Of a DNA stretch of 64,000 nt, positions 1-14,224 are shown one piece after another (position 1 is the stretch's first letter; each line of letters opens with the position of its first letter). A model generated the notes under the pieces. The model was not told the origin of the DNA. It saw only the letters and a program-made list of their open reading frames with translations, and made no database searches. Both the position numbers and the translations under genes were made by a program. The stretch covers positions 682,001 through 746,000 of the forward strand of contig NW_024704742.1 of assembly GCF_018977255.1 (NCBI RefSeq), read 5' to 3'. This stretch comes from Callorhinchus milii (Eukaryota).

Positions 1-477
1 ACCTCGGGAGACGACCTCCCAGGTTTTAGTAATAATAATAATATAATTATCCTTACATTTGGTAAATCCCTCGAATGACCTGTTTTACAGTAAATCCCTT
101 GAAAGACGTATTAATGAGCTTCAAGGAACTTACTGTAAAATAGGTCATTCTGTTGCTGAGCTCATAATGGCTGCTGCATTTGCCAACAAATACAGTCGCT
201 GCACTTTACCGTGAACCTGTGAAGCACTTTGAGACATCTCGATGATGTAATAAGATGCTATATCAAATGTAAGGATTACTATTACTGTTGTAAGTGTAGT
301 GACTGTATTTGTAGGCTATATATTTGTACAGAAGGACAGACAGATTGAAGGGAATGCATTCCCTCATATCTTTTACAGAACTTGTGTTGGAAGGAGTGAA
401 TTACGAGGGTGGGAAGCTATTAAAACACAGCAGAAGGAAAGTAAGAAATGACCAGCTCTTTTCTCCCTATGTCTGTG

Positions 478-800
478 GTGGCCCGTGGTGGGTTGGTTAG
501 CGAACTCGCCTCGCAAGCGAGAACCTGGGTTCAATTCCCGTGCGGAGAGAAACCTTAGGCAAGTTTCCTTACTCCGCACGCCTCTGTTTACCTGGCAGTA
601 AGCAAGAACCTGGTTGTTAGATCTCTTTCCGGGGGGTGATAATCCCGCACAAAAAAAAAGAATATTTGATTACTCGATCCACGACGCTGCTGCCTGCAAT
701 TGGCTGCCGCGCTTCGCCCACAAAATGCCCTTTATATTCTGCGAAGCGCTTTGAGAGAACGTGATTTTGGTACCTCATCAAATGCAAGGATTATTATATC
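478..800 (+). mobile_element. tRNA-derived SINE family A, near full length, diverged
   Basis: B-box gggttcaattccc; body ccttaggcaagtttccttactcc...cctctgtttacc; 3' tail gaagcgctttgaga...aaatgcaaggattatta shared with many copies in the window. Confidence 0.85.
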
Positions 801-3673
801 ATTATATTCCCCCCCTCGTTACAAAGCCCGTTGCCCCATGACACCACGCAACAGCGTAACGCTGATACACTGATTTGGGTTGGGGGTGGAAGTTGTGGGG
901 GTGGGGGAGGGAGTAAGGGGGTAAGGGGGTTTGCCGTGCTTGTGGAACAAAAATTGGAGTACAAGATTGGCAAATGCTTCTGTTCGCTGCTCTAAGAAAC
1001 GGTGGACTGAGGGCTGTGCCTGTTCCTGGCTCCACTGCCGTGGCTCTGTGCTGCTCCAGGTTGATTGATGGGCAGGTGGTGGTGGAGAGAGAGAGCGCTC
1101 ACGTGCTTTCAGTGTGCCGGGAGGAGGCGCTCGGGAACAAAATCCACCCGTTTTATGAAGGCAACGGCTTGTCCTGGTCAGGAGTTTGGTGCCGTAGAAT
1201 TAGGTTTTCTCCCTTTGCCCCCCCCCCACACACATCCCCCGCTCGGAGTCAGGCTCCACCACTGTTAAGAGCTCTGACACTCTGCCCTGCGTGGAGGGCG
1301 CTATATAAGTGCAAGTTGTTGTTGGTGGTGCGCAGGCAAGCGCACACGGAACGCGCTCTAACTCTTCCCCTTGGGAGAGGGGGAAGGACAGGTAACATCT
1401 CTGAAGCGAGTGGGGAGAAAAGTGGGGGGAAATTGATCACCTTTCCAAGCTTATGCTTCATTGAGTCAGCCAGTGAATGACGTGCATCAATGTCTGTCTC
1501 TCTCTCTCTCTCTGTTTGGTATGCTCCCCCATCCCCCCACTCAAAATCTCCCCCCCCCCCCACCTCCCCAACCTTCTCTGGATCGTGTGAATGCTCTGAC
1601 TTGTATTCAGGCTCATCCCCAGTGCAATGTGCCTGAGGTCAGCAACTGCGCAGGTCACACATGAGGAACTCCCAGCCTGGTTGGGATAATTCTTTTCAGC
1701 GCAGTGTGGTGGTGATGGGTTTCCGCGTGTGTCAGCCGTCCAGCTGGCCAAAGCAGGTTGGACCGACACAGGACCCCATCGCAAACACGTGAGCGAACTC
1801 TCTCGAACGACTCTGTTCACTCTGGAGCCCCGATGGGTCACGAACCAGGATTCTCGATGGTTTTCCCCTCACTTTAACCTCAAGAGAAACATCTCGTCTA
1901 CAACAGATGGCAGTTTCTGTTTCTCCAGCTCTGACCTTGAGCGTGTAAGAATGCAGCTTTTTTTTTCACTCTTTCTCTGGACTCGTGCCCCCAAAACAGT
2001 TCTTTGCTACTTCTTAATGCCAGTTGCTGCGATAATTACATTTCCAAACTCACAAAGCTCTTCAGCACCTGGTTGGATAGGGGTCATGTGTAGGATAAGC
2101 TGAGCAGTACATAGTGAGAAAACCTGCATTGTGTTTTACATAAATAATAGGGATGTCAGGAAAGTATTTTTGTTTCCCTGTGCACAGAATGGAAAATGTG
2201 GATCAGACTCCAATCAATAGCCTCTGACTGTTCCCTGATTAACTCTTTGTAACAGTGACTGAGACGCAACTAGGGCTGGTAGGTGCAGCGATGCTGAAGG
2301 TGCTGTCCTTCGTTTGAGACGTTAAACCGAGTTCCCTTCATGCCTGTTTGAGTAGAGGTTAAACGATCCCATGGCACGATTCGCAAAGAGAAAAGAATTT
2401 CTCAGATGATCCCCCAGATAAGATTGGTCGCTCACTTTATGGCTGTTTGTGGGACGTTCCTGTGCGCAAATTGGCTGCAACATTTGCCTATAAATACAGT
2501 CACTACACTTGACAGCGGGTATAGTGACCTGTGAAGCTCTTTGAGATGTTTTGATGTTACAGTTGCTAAATCAAATGCCAGGATTATTTATTTAAATATC
2601 TGCTGGAAGATTCAGCAACGGGTTCAGCCTTAAAAACAATGGAAACGGTAAAGATCTACAGCACAGAAGTAGGCCATTCGGCCCATCAAGCTTGCCCTGA
2701 CTAACACAGCAAGGATATCACTTCAAACCCATCACCCCTTTTTATGCCCCTTCAAGCTCGTCTCTTTCACATGCCGGTCAACTTCCCTCTTGAAAGCTAT
2801 AATGGATTCCACCACCACCACCACCAACCTATTACATTTGTATAGCGCCTTTCAGGTCAGAAAGACGTTCTACATGCCAACCATTCGCTGGGTGAGAAAC
2901 CTTTGCGAGATGCGCAAGGTGTAATCATTGCATTCGATATAGCACCGTGTCACGTCGTCGAGACATCACGGAATTTTGAGAATGTTAAGAAAGGCTGTGT
3001 GCGATGCCCCCCAAAACAGCCGTGGAGTGAATTGACTGTATGTTTTGTGGGCGAATCGCAGCAGCCAATTGCGCACAGCAGCGTCCCCACAAACAGTGGT
3101 GGATTGAAGTGACCGAATTATTATTATTATTATCGTTTTTTTTTCAAAAGAGCTGCAGTTAATGAAAAACAGATCATTCCGCAGTTCTTTGTCACATGAG
3201 TTCAGGGCTGTTAACAATGTTTTGCAGTAATGGTGATTTGACTGATGTTATTTTTTACTGTGCGCTCGTTGAACATTTCTGATTATTATTATTAACATTA
3301 ATCAAAGTTCAGGGTGTTCACTTTACTTTATTTTTCCCCAAATGACCATCAAACCTAACTATCTCGCCTCGCTATGATGCTTATTGGGATTTTAAGAATC
3401 CACATTATGGTGCACTGCATCTCTTCTGTGTAAGATCTTGGTAGGTTTGAGACACAAACCAAACTTAGCTACAACTCAGTGCACCTGAGGTCTCAATACA
3501 GTGCGTGGGATGCAAAGCTACACCACCTTATTATCACTGAGACCCTTGTCACTGGAGCAAATAAGGAAATTGATGCAGTGGTTTAAAAAAAACACGCACT
3601 GTTTAACAGAAATGATGAAGTCCGAACCTTTGTAGAACCGTAAGAGCTATATGGTTGCAGTTATTGTTGGAAG

Positions 3674-3803
3674 ATAATAATAATATTATTGTAATTATAA
3701 TTATAATAATACTATTGTTATAATAATAGTATTATAATAATAACAATAATAGTGTAATTATTATAATAATATAATAATATAGTAACAATAATATTATTAT
3801 AAT
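3674..3803. repeat. AT-rich (TAA/TTA) low-complexity tract with an internal quasi-palindrome
   Basis: Seen directly; arms 3700-3720 and 3721-3741 are near-complementary. Confidence 0.9.
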
Positions 3804-6800
3804 GAAGTGTTGCCTGTGAAATGCACCTGGGTAGCTTTGAGCAATGCAACCTGCAGACTTCAATTGAAAGGTAGCCTTTTATTAAAAAGAAAATCAATTC
3901 AGTCCGTCACAAAATATCTGTTGAGGTGGATGTTAAGAATCCTGTGGCTGATGTGACTCACGGCTGACAATCTCCAGATTAAAAATCGGTTATTCACTTC
4001 ACGTGGTTTGTGGACATTGCTGTGCACCAATTGGCTGTCATGTTTATCTGTAAATACATAGTCACTACACCTTACCGCTATTACTTACGAAGAGATTTTC
4101 AATGTTTTTCGAGTTGTACCAAATGCAAAGATATTATGATAATAATTATTAGAAAAGACGGGGGATTGAAGTACCTTGTGCAACCCAGGGCTCAAAATTT
4201 CTCAAGTTCTTAGGCTCAACAATATTGTCTTAGAATCTACGTTTGTGAGCAGTTCGGGAAACAGTCATTCAGTGTTAATTAAGAAGTTAATTCTGCAGCA
4301 GCCAAACAGATCCGTGGAGGTTTGGCTTCCAAATTTAAGGCCCAATTTAAGAATAGCTTCCAAAATGCCGACAGTTGATAAATCTTAAGACGATGGTCTT
4401 AATATAATGGTAATGATTAATAATAATCCATGCAGTTGGTGGAGCTCCTTTCAGTGTCAGTGGGACGTCCCAAAGAGCTTAACAGGAGTGACTGTGATGT
4501 GAGCGATGAATTTTATTTGGGGGATTGTTGGCCAGGACACCGGGAGAAACTCCATTCTCTTTGTGAATCAGTGCCGTGGGATACTTGAGGCTAAGAACCG
4601 TAGGGAATTTGGGGTTCAAAATATCATTGCGTGTTAAGCATTTAGCTCGTTGCAAAAGGGAGCTTGTGCAAATTCGGACAGTGTGTGCGAGTCAGAAATG
4701 ATTCCCCACTTGTTGAGAATTCAGTTTTGCTCTCTTGGCGAAAGCGGGTTTGTGTGGAATCCCAAACGCAAGGGGCAGTGGGGGGGGGGGGGGGGGGGGG
4801 GGGGCGTTGGGTGGGGGCTGTGGGTGCTTCTTTTAATTAATGTTGCCGGGAGAAAGAACGAGTGGTTGACTTTCTAATCAGATTGATTTTCCTTGCCCGA
4901 GCTCGGACCAGATGTTTTCTTGCATTAATTCAGAACGAGTCCCCTGCTTATCCGGCAGTGGTTTCGGAAGAGTATTGATGTGTAGCCTCGGGGAACACAA
5001 ACAAGATCGGGGCTGGAACAGTTTGACCTTGTGCTGGGCCTGCAGAATATTATCTGAGATTCAGCCAGACCTTGAAAAAATAAACAGGACAGGAATATGT
5101 CTGATGGTAAATAGTTTCCTCAACCCCAGTGTGCTTTAACCCCTTTGTGTCCAGGGGTTTGGGGGTGGGGAGGGCAAAGCATCTGGTAAAGCGTTGGTTA
5201 GATCTATTGTGATTGCTTCTCCACCACCTCGCGTACCGTTGAACTTCACGGAATCGCTTCTGTAGATGTCTTGTCTGTGAGGCAGGGCAGGGAAGGGCAG
5301 GGCAGTCATCCGAGCGCGACCGAGTGGCGCACGGTTATCTGGCACTCAAAGGGTCAAACGTTGCTTCTGGCCGGAGTATTGACTGGGGACCGTGTGGCTG
5401 TAGCTGAGCCGGGCCAGATAATGGAAGGAGGAAACAGGAAGACACTTTCTTCAATTTCCACTCTGCGGTTGTTTTTTCATTTCTGTGTTATTTTCTGAAA
5501 AATTGTGCGCTCTCCTCCCCCAACCCCCTCCCCTCCTCCCCTCCTCCCTCCCTCCCTCCCTCCCCACTCCCCCCCCACACACCGCACTGAACCGGTGACT
5601 GAGTAATCGCGGAAAACGATCGATCAACCCTAATGAGCGAGGGGTGGGGGTGGGAGGGGGTTTGTTTGTGCAGATTGTGACCTTTTTTGTTTCCCGATGA
5701 GGATCAGACAGAGCTCAGCTTTTCAGATGCGCTGACGGGTTTTACATGGATTGCATTTCAGAAATACAGAAACAAACTGCAAAGAGAGAGAGCGCGAGAG
5801 AGAGAGAGAAAGAGAGAGCCCCTGAGAGCGGCACTGCGGTGCTACAGCTGGAGTGTAATCTGGGTATTACCTGGGGGGGTCAGGGGGGAGGGGGCTGCGA
5901 GTTCTGTTCTTTAAGACGAGTTATGTGCCGAGCTGTGGGAGACAGAAAGTCAGAGTGATCGATCACCCGCCCCGTACACTCCTAGATCTATCTGGACAGA
6001 GAGAATATGTCTCATCAGTAAAACCAACAATAATAATCATTGTCACTACTCAGTTCCCTTAGTATTTAGGTTCTTTGTTACGCGGTTGAGGGCACAGGTT
6101 CTGATGTTCTGTAAGAACATCACTGAGCCAACCTGCTTGCCTGTGGCATGACATGTTGAAAGCCTCTCATACGCTCCTACGTTCTCGCTGGACACCGAAA
6201 ACCTGACAGATTCGAAGAGGCAATCTGTCTGTTAATAAAATCGATAATAGTATCTCCTTGCATGCGTTGCAGCACCTTTCATGTCGAGGAGTACTGCTCG
6301 AAGCTTTCACGTGATTTACTGTAAAGTATCGTGTCTGTGTTTAGGAGGCGAACAAGAGCCAGTAGGTGGAATTTTGTTTGGGACACAAGATGCGTGTGCA
6401 TGTGTGCGCGCGTGTGTGTGTGCGTGAGATTGGGATCCACCCTCCTGTGGATATCAAAATATGTCAATGTCAGGTGGTCACACAATCTGCAATACTAGCG
6501 GAAAATCTCCCACCACCACAAGTTAATCCTGTCACTAAAGTCCAACTCTGTGTTAGCACTTGGCTCTCTCTCTCTCCTTACAGTGCCAGGCTTTCGCTAT
6601 CATCCTGTAAAGTGCTAGGGCATCTCTTTTTTTTTCTCCTCTATACAGCACTAGCTCCCCTCCCCATCCGCACCCCTCTCTCTCCCTTTCCCACCTACAC
6701 AGTGCCAGCCCTCTCTCTCACTTTTTCTCTCGCTCTATCTCTCTCCCCCACACCTCCCAACCCCATACAGTGCGAGTCTTTCTCTTTCCTCAGGCCAATG

Positions 6801-9800
6801 CGACAGTATATATAGAGTTATATAGGTTCAGGGCTGCGAAGGGCAGGTTTAGGACAGACGTATGTGGATAATGGGTGAAAAAGGGTCCAGGCATAACCTT
6901 GATTCTCCTTCCATCAATGGAGGTAATAATAATAATATAATAATCCTTGCATTTGTACAGCGCCTTATCAGGTCTTCGAGACGTCTCAAAGCGCTTCCCA
7001 GGATACACTGTAAAGTGAATCGACTGTATATTTTGTGGGTGAATCACGGCAGCCAATTGCGCACAGCAGCGTCCAATTCAAAATCAACCCGACTCGAAAG
7101 AAAACCTGGTCAAATAGCCTCCGTGCACTTGAAGAAAGACTGCGTGAATCTGGGGGGAGAGAGAGAGAGAACTTGATGAGGTGAGGTGTGTGGTTCCTCA
7201 CAATGCACAGTCTCCAGAGTCGGTGAATCAGCATTTCAGACTTTTTGGTACCAAGAGGTTACATCTCTCTCTCTCTCGCTCTTGCTCTCTCTCGCAAGAC
7301 TAAACTTTTGACCTTCATGTTTCCCCTAGAGATTTATTCTGTTTCCTGTGTACACCCATAGATTTACCAGCGGTGGAAACAGATGTTACACTGCGGTCAC
7401 AGCAATAAAAATTCACACTTTTTTTTTCTGTTGGAAACAAAAATCATTAAAATAGCAAGTGGTTAATTTGAACACCAAATGTGCTTCAATGCACATTGAA
7501 ATCCTTTTCGTTGCTTTTCGTTTACTTCCTCTCAGAGAACGGCTTTACTAAAGTAAAATTGACCTTGCCCACACCCCGACCCCCTACCCCACTGGCACCC
7601 CATTCCCCTGCCTGTTTTCCCTCACCTGCCTTCTCCCCCTCATCCTAACATTTTATTTTAAAACGACTGTTTGTGAGACACTGCTGTGCGCAACTGGCTG
7701 CTGCATTTCGCCCCCACAAAACACACAATCAATCCACTTTACAGCGTATTTTGTGAAGCGCTTTGAGATGTCTCAACAAAGTGATCAGGCGCGATGTCAA
7801 ATGCAAGTATTATTATGAATATTATCTCCCCCACCCAGACGGCACCTGCCCTCCTTTCCAGTTTTACATTCGAGTTGCTTGTGATTGCTTTTCTGGTCAG
7901 GGGGAGACTTGAGGTGGAGGTGAGGCTAACATGTTGTAACCCTCAGCAACCCTCAGCTTTCTGAACAGCTCACTGTCACAGCTCCTTTTATAGCGCAGTT
8001 GCACTCCGATGGTCATATCTGAGACGCTTCCAAAGAAAGAGATATTTTTTTTGTACCAAAGAAAGAAAAATTGCTTTCGTAGCTTCCCCCGCAACCCACC
8101 CTCCGATAAAATTGGTCATTCGCTCCACGGCTGTTTGTGGTGCATTGCTCTGCGCAAGTTGGCTGTCCTGTTCGTCTACGAAATAGTCACTACACTTACA
8201 GTACAGTAAATTCCTGTGAAATATTTTGAGACATCTCAACGATGTGATACGGCGAGACATCGAAATGTAAGGATTGTTATTTATGATTGGAACGTGTGCT
8301 TTTCACCTGACTGCATTTCCCAGGAGTAAAGGAATTGCGAAGGGCAATTTCAGGGCAGACTGCGAGGAGGAATCGTACAATCATGGTTTCTTTCCACGGA
8401 GAGTAATTAATGATTGGAAAAAGCTACTAGGAAAGGATGGTTGCGGCCAGGACACTTGAGGAATGAGGTTGAATGGCCAAAAGGCTTTGCTTATTCGAAA
8501 CTCTCTTGTGAATCTTTGCTGAAAAATGCTTTCGGTTTAGATATTGATAGCCTTGCCCAATCAGCCGGCCAGTGTCGTGGAAATTAATTTTCTTCCACTT
8601 TGGTTGTGGAGGTGAAAGTTGCAGGTTCCCTTCCTTTTTCATCATTAATGGTTTTTTTTTGGGGGGGGGGTGGTCAGCCGGATGTCTGACACGTGCGGAA
8701 ACCCATCACCGTGCTTAAAAGTCTCCAAACCCAAACTGAGGATTCCACGCCTCCCACCTACACGTGGAAATCGCAGCGATAGATTGTTGGAATGTGCTGC
8801 TGTTGGAAATGTAGTGGAGAGGGAAACGGCAGAGGAGCACTGTCTCTCTCTTCTTTAACCATTACTTATTTTTCCGTCGAACGGAAAAGGGGAAAGAAAA
8901 TGTTGACATCACCGGGTCATTATCAGTACTGCATGTTGTGTGGGATGATCACCCCCACATACACATATGCACCCCCCCCCTCCACACACACACATAGACC
9001 GCCCCCCCACACCCACACCCACACCCACACACACACGTACAGCTGTGAACCCAGATCCTTTTTCAGTTTCAATGTTTTTAGTTTCTGTTAAAGACACACA
9101 AGCGATGATGAACTTTGACACGGATTTGACACCGGTGCTTAAAATCCGGTGCGAGATGGGTCTAAGTTGGGGCGTGACCTTTGTGTGCCAGTGAATAGCT
9201 GTGAAAAGCAAAATGCTTCCCTCCACCCTTCTTGAAAACACCAAGTTGCCCTTATGACCGACTGGGTTAAGAAAGAAAAGCACCATCCAGTGCAATGCAG
9301 TGCAGTACTGAGCCATACAGACCAGAGGGTCTCTGGTTTCAGGGCTGAGATACAGAATCAGTCAACGTGTTTTGCTTACCCCCCACCACACACACACACA
9401 CACATACACTTATGTACCACGCATATCAGCTGGTCTTAAGATGTGCAATGTGCCGTATTGCTTAATTTGGCTATGTTGGAAAGCGACAATTGGGAATCCA
9501 TAAAATCATTCACCAGGGGTTAATTTGGCCAAACCTACCTGTACTGGTGCTAGCCACCCCACCACCCTTTTGGAACTGGAGCTATCTATTTCTATTTATT
9601 TCGAAACAAAAACAGAAGTCACTGAGAATCCACTGTGAAGTGAATGACTGTGTGTTTTGTGGGCGGGGCAGCAGTTGAAGCTACAGTTGACTTCAGGCCT
9701 CTGGGTTAGGGAGGGGGACATCAGCCAGGGTTCCCGAAGGGCCAGATGGACAGGACTGGATCAAACTCAGCCACGATGGCCACTCGCCCAAACCATGTGG

Positions 9801-10105
9801 ATTAGCCCGTCAGTATTCGTCGTGCAGACTCTCACCTGAATAATAGCTGCTCAGGCAGGGATACAGGAGGGCGTCTGAGGAACTTGATCGCAGTGGATGG
9901 CTCAGTGGGCCTTGTGGAGAGGAGAAAGGAGAGAGAGGTGGGTAGAGAGAGCTGGAGGCGGGGGGCAGGGGGAAGAAATCTTTTACAAAGGTTGAAGCGA
10001 ATGGATAGGAATAAACTCAGGATTTATTTGTAAGGAAAGCTTGTGTCTGTCACTCAGCAACCTCCAGGCCTAATGGTGACACTTGGATGCTTTTGTTTCT
10101 GACAG

Positions 10106-10260
10106 GTCTGTGTGCTTTACGTCGGGCACTGAGTGAGCGTGTCAGCCCCTCAGACGGTGAGGTGGCTGGGTCAGTGAAGATAGCTTTCAATGACTTCCTG
10201 CAAGCGATGGCTGATGTCAAGCCGAGTGCCATGAGGGAGGTGACTGTTGACGTGCCAAAA
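10106..10260 (+). CDS. AFG2A: AFG2A/SPATA5 internal coding exon (155 bp; end of D1 lid and D1-D2 linker)
   Basis: Acceptor ttttgtttctgacag|, donor |gtaagt. Translates (G)LCALRRALSERVSPSDGEVAGSVKIAFNDFLQAMADVKPSAMREVTVDVPK, matching SPATA5 GLCALRR...[22 protein letters not shown]. Ends in phase 0, consistent with the next exon. Confidence 0.96.
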
Positions 10261-12329
10261 GTAAGTTATCGTTGCAACAAAGAACCAATTCCTGGATGTG
10301 TCCTGAGACGGCAGAGCGCGAGTTTTTGGTTTCTTATCTCAAGGAAGACAACTGATACTTTCATTTTGCAACCAACCAAGTCATTACAGTGGAAAATAAG
10401 ATGTGTCAATATCCATAACTCCGCTAATGTGTGGCTTTGCATCGCTCCCCGATTATGAACTGTGATCGTAATTATAACAGAACCCATTTTGCTATTTCAT
10501 ATTGTTTACGTTGATTTAACGGTAGTGGATTTGATCTGTTTACATAGCATTTCACAGGGTTCAGAGTTGGGCAAATTCTGAAAGACAGCTTTAACTTTCA
10601 AGCCAGTTTTTGGTAGTCTTTTTTAAGGACTTATTCTGAATGGTCTGAAATGCTACGTAAATAGAGTAAACCTAGACCTTGTTTGATGTTTCTTCCCACA
10701 TGTTGAGTGGGGGAGTGGGGAGCGGGTGGGAGCTTTGCTCAGTATCTCTTTTGTGAGATCTTAATGGTACACTTGGCTGCCGCACTTGCCTTCAACTATA
10801 TCCTGTGAAGAGCTTTGAGACGTTCTCTCAATGCGAAAGTCGCTAGGTCAAATGCAAAGATGATTTTTTTTAATATAAAAGTAGTCACTGCACCTGACAG
10901 TAATTCCTTGAGAAATACCCTAAGATATTTCAATGCAATAAGGGACCATAAAAGTTATTTCTCAATGCATGTCAAGGTAAGGTCACTCAATAGTTCGTAC
11001 TCTTGATGGCTGATACAGGCGTAAGCATACCCTTTTGGTATGTCAGTCCTGCTCACAGCCTGACCTACTGGGTCATGTTACTTAATAGAGGCACATTTGA
11101 CACAGCGCCACACTTGAAACCACTCTGAATTCACAATGAATCTATTTAACTGCCACGTAGAAGAACCCCATTAAAATGTGCACTATTAACACCAATTACC
11201 CCAGACAAATCTTCTATTTTTCAAATGCCACGCATCTTAAGTGTATGCCTTCTGGAAGAGGGGTCAGCTAGGATGGAGTATGTGATGGGAAGAGATGGTT
11301 GTGGTTTTGCATTCTGCAGTCATTTGCAGTCTCAGTGTAGTTCAATCCACGACTGGTTGTGGGACGCCGCTGTGCGCAATTGGCTGCCGTGTTTCCCCCA
11401 CAAAATGTACAGTCAATCCACTTTACAATATATTGTTTGAAGCGCTTTGAGTCGTCTCAAAATGCGATAAGGCGCTATATCAAATGCAAGGATTCTTTAT
11501 TATTTTGGACCAGTTTAAGGATTAAACAATTATATTTCCACTGTCCGGCGATGCAAGCGTAACACGATAATGCTGAATAATGCAGTTTCTGTTTGAAGAT
11601 CTGTACGTAGTGGGGGAGACATTTTTCAGCACCACCCAACCCCCCCTGACCCACTCCCACCTCGTCCCGACTACTGCAATTCCCCATTTTAAATTTTGGC
11701 TCCATAAAGCGATGCTTAGTGGAGGAGGGGAGTTTTGGTCACATTCTCTCGTGCGACCGGCCTGTCGCTTGTTGTAGCTGAGCTGAGGCTGAGGAGAAAT
11801 GGACTACTCCCAGATTGTTGCTCTGTGTGATTGATTGCTCTACTACAGATACCAGTTGTCCCCTGACATCTCTCCTCTTCCCCCCGTTTCTCCTCACTGA
11901 ACGCTACCGCTCAGCTCTGCCCTGTTCACTGCGGCTCTGATCTGTACTTGAACCTTCAGCGGTTGCTGTAGCACTGAACACGAGGGCACTAAACCGTGTC
12001 TTTCAGAAACTTGCATTTTTGTACGGAGAACCAGCATTGGCCGAGTAAGGTCAAGGAGTTTCATTATGGTGAGCACTGCGGAGATCGACGAACCTTGACT
12101 TTCCTTGGCTCAGAGTTACATTATACTCGATGCGGGGACTGACCGCTTATTTGCTTGAGGCACTGTTAACTTATTCGCACGTTCAACCCAACAATCGATT
12201 TGCTTCTTGTGCTGTCGGAGTGACGGCGACTTGAAGGATTAGGAAGAGATTCTGGGCATGCGGTGAAAATGTAGCTGGATTTATTAACCGCTCTTGGTAG
12301 CGCACCGATGTTCGGTCTTGAGTTATCTA

Positions 12330-13540
12330 TTTGCCTTTCTCTGAATCCTTTCTGCTGCCTTTTGCATCTTTGTATAACCGGACCCAATATTTAATTGTCT
12401 CACTAATGCTTTGCAGAATGTCAATATCGCTTCCTTGGACTTGTTTTATTGGCCTCTTTAACTGCTGTTCCACACTGGTGCCTCACATCCAATATTTGGT
12501 CAATTGTTCCACCTGGAATCTTTTTTTCTGACTTGCCTTATTTAATGATCGGCTTCCTGTGTTTCGTACTGATTTGTATTGCTTTACTCGTCTCGGTGTT
12601 CAGTCCTGTACTATTCGAGATTCACCTGCCAGTTAACAACTCTTCGTACATCTTTTTGAACGTTATCCCTTCTCTCCAAAGCATCCCGCTTTTCCGACAC
12701 AACTTAAACCTTTCAGCTGGACAGCTTTAGACATTCCACTTCCAATTTCTCCAACAAGATCGGAGATCTCAAAGTCTTGGCTGGTTGTTGCTGCCTAATT
12801 AGAAGCACTATCATTGATCCCTCTCCCTTGCTTCCTATTATTGAGGCCATATGTTATCCAATTTACAACATCCTCCTTTGTCCCAAGAGATTTTGCTTGA
12901 GCCTCAAGTCTTTTTGTCAAGCAGCTTATCAGATCCCTGCCGAGAGTCTAGATGTGTGTTGCCCACCTCATTTCCACCATCTGCCAATTCTGATCAGCTC
13001 ACAAAGAGATCCATTGCATTTGTTAGGCACGACCTGGCCTTCGTAAACCCTTAGAACGCTTGCCTCTACTCTTGTTAAATGTGCTTGAATTGCTTCCTTT
13101 ATAATAGGCTCGAATGTTTTTCCTACTATTAATGTCAAGTTAACAGGCCTATAATTTCCAAGGTTATGCTGCTGACCTATTTGAAAATTGGAACATTAGC
13201 TATTTTCCTATCCTGGGGTACTGCTCTTGCAGCTCATTGCATAAAATGTCAACTAGACCTCACCCTAACCCGATTTCCTCAAGTATTTTTGGCTTCACTC
13301 CATCAGGTCTTGTTGACTTACAAATACGAACATACTCTAGGTTTTGTGTGACCGTTTCACTACCGATCCCTTTTTTTTCTCCGTTACTGGGAGAAATCGT
13401 GTGGTTTCCTCACGTTGCTGGAAAATCCAAACTTGTGTATTTTAGGTAAAAACATTATTTAGAGAAGTATTAAAAATATCCACCATATTGCATTTGTCTT
13501 AACAGCTCCCTCTTGATCTTTAAAACGCTCCCCATCATTA
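12330..13540 (-). mobile_element. Degenerate CR1-clade LINE ORF2 (reverse transcriptase) fragment
   Basis: Minus-strand peptides LGNYRPVNLTLIVGKTFEPIIK (about 13098-13163) and GFTKARSCLT (about 13021-13050) are characteristic CR1 RT N-terminal motifs. Many stops and frameshifts. Confidence 0.85.
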
Positions 13541-13797
13541 AAGCCTCCCCTCCCGTCCCGTCCAGTCCTGTTTCACTTAATTGCTGCTTTTGGCAGAGTG
13601 ACGCTTTCTGTTATATTGTTTATGGCCCCAACTATTGCAGTTTTCTGGCTGAGGAGGGAGGGGAGTGGGTTATTTTTTTTTGGAGGTGGGTTGGAGGGGT
13701 GGGCGGGGGCGGAGAGTGGAGGAAAGTGAGTAAGATTTTAGCAATTCATGTTTCGGATGGCTAGAATCGATGATATTGTCAGCATGAGGTGGACATT

Positions 13798-14224
13798 TAA
13801 TAAGCTTTGCATTCTGATCTGTGGCTTTATTACGTTGTCAACACATCTCAAACAGCTTCATAAGAACTTTACTGTGAAGTGAAGGTTACTGTCGATTTAC
13901 ACACAGCAATATCCCACCAACAGCCATAAAGTGAACGACCAAAACATTTTATTGGGAGGATTGTTAGCCAGGACATTGGAAGAAACTGCTTTTTTTTCTT
14001 TCAGAATAGTGCCACTGCATCTTTAATGTCCACCTGAACGTTGTTGTCAGTGTTGTTGTTGGGGCTCGGTTTAAGGTCTCCTCTGAAGGACGGCATCTCC
14101 GACATGCAGCACATCCCCAGCACTGCGTCGAGGTATCAGTCTAAACTGTGAGGTCAAAGTCCTGACTTGGGACTTGAATCCACAACCACTGACTCAAGAT
14201 GCCACCAACTGAGCCAGGCTGACA
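13798..14224 (-). mobile_element. Deu-domain tRNA SINE (family B), near full length. Fragments also at about 2270-2590, 3920-4140, 19470-19720, 23925-24190, 25275-25460, 37060-37230 and 60340-60590
   Basis: Minus strand tgtcagcctggctcagttggtggc...ggattcaagtccc...ccttcagaggagaccttaaaccgag...aggtggacattaaagatgcagtggcactattc, then the tail. Confidence 0.75.

Noticed and set aside
877..930. G-quadruplex-capable G runs (also near 4780, 13680 and 44660)
   Set aside because: Such runs are common throughout the window and nothing suggests a specific function.
9469..9480. GGC TAT GTT GGA (GYVG) as the missing upstream AFG2A exon (HGYVGADL)
   Set aside because: Flanking codons do not match (KRQLG follows) and there are no suitable splice sites; chance match.
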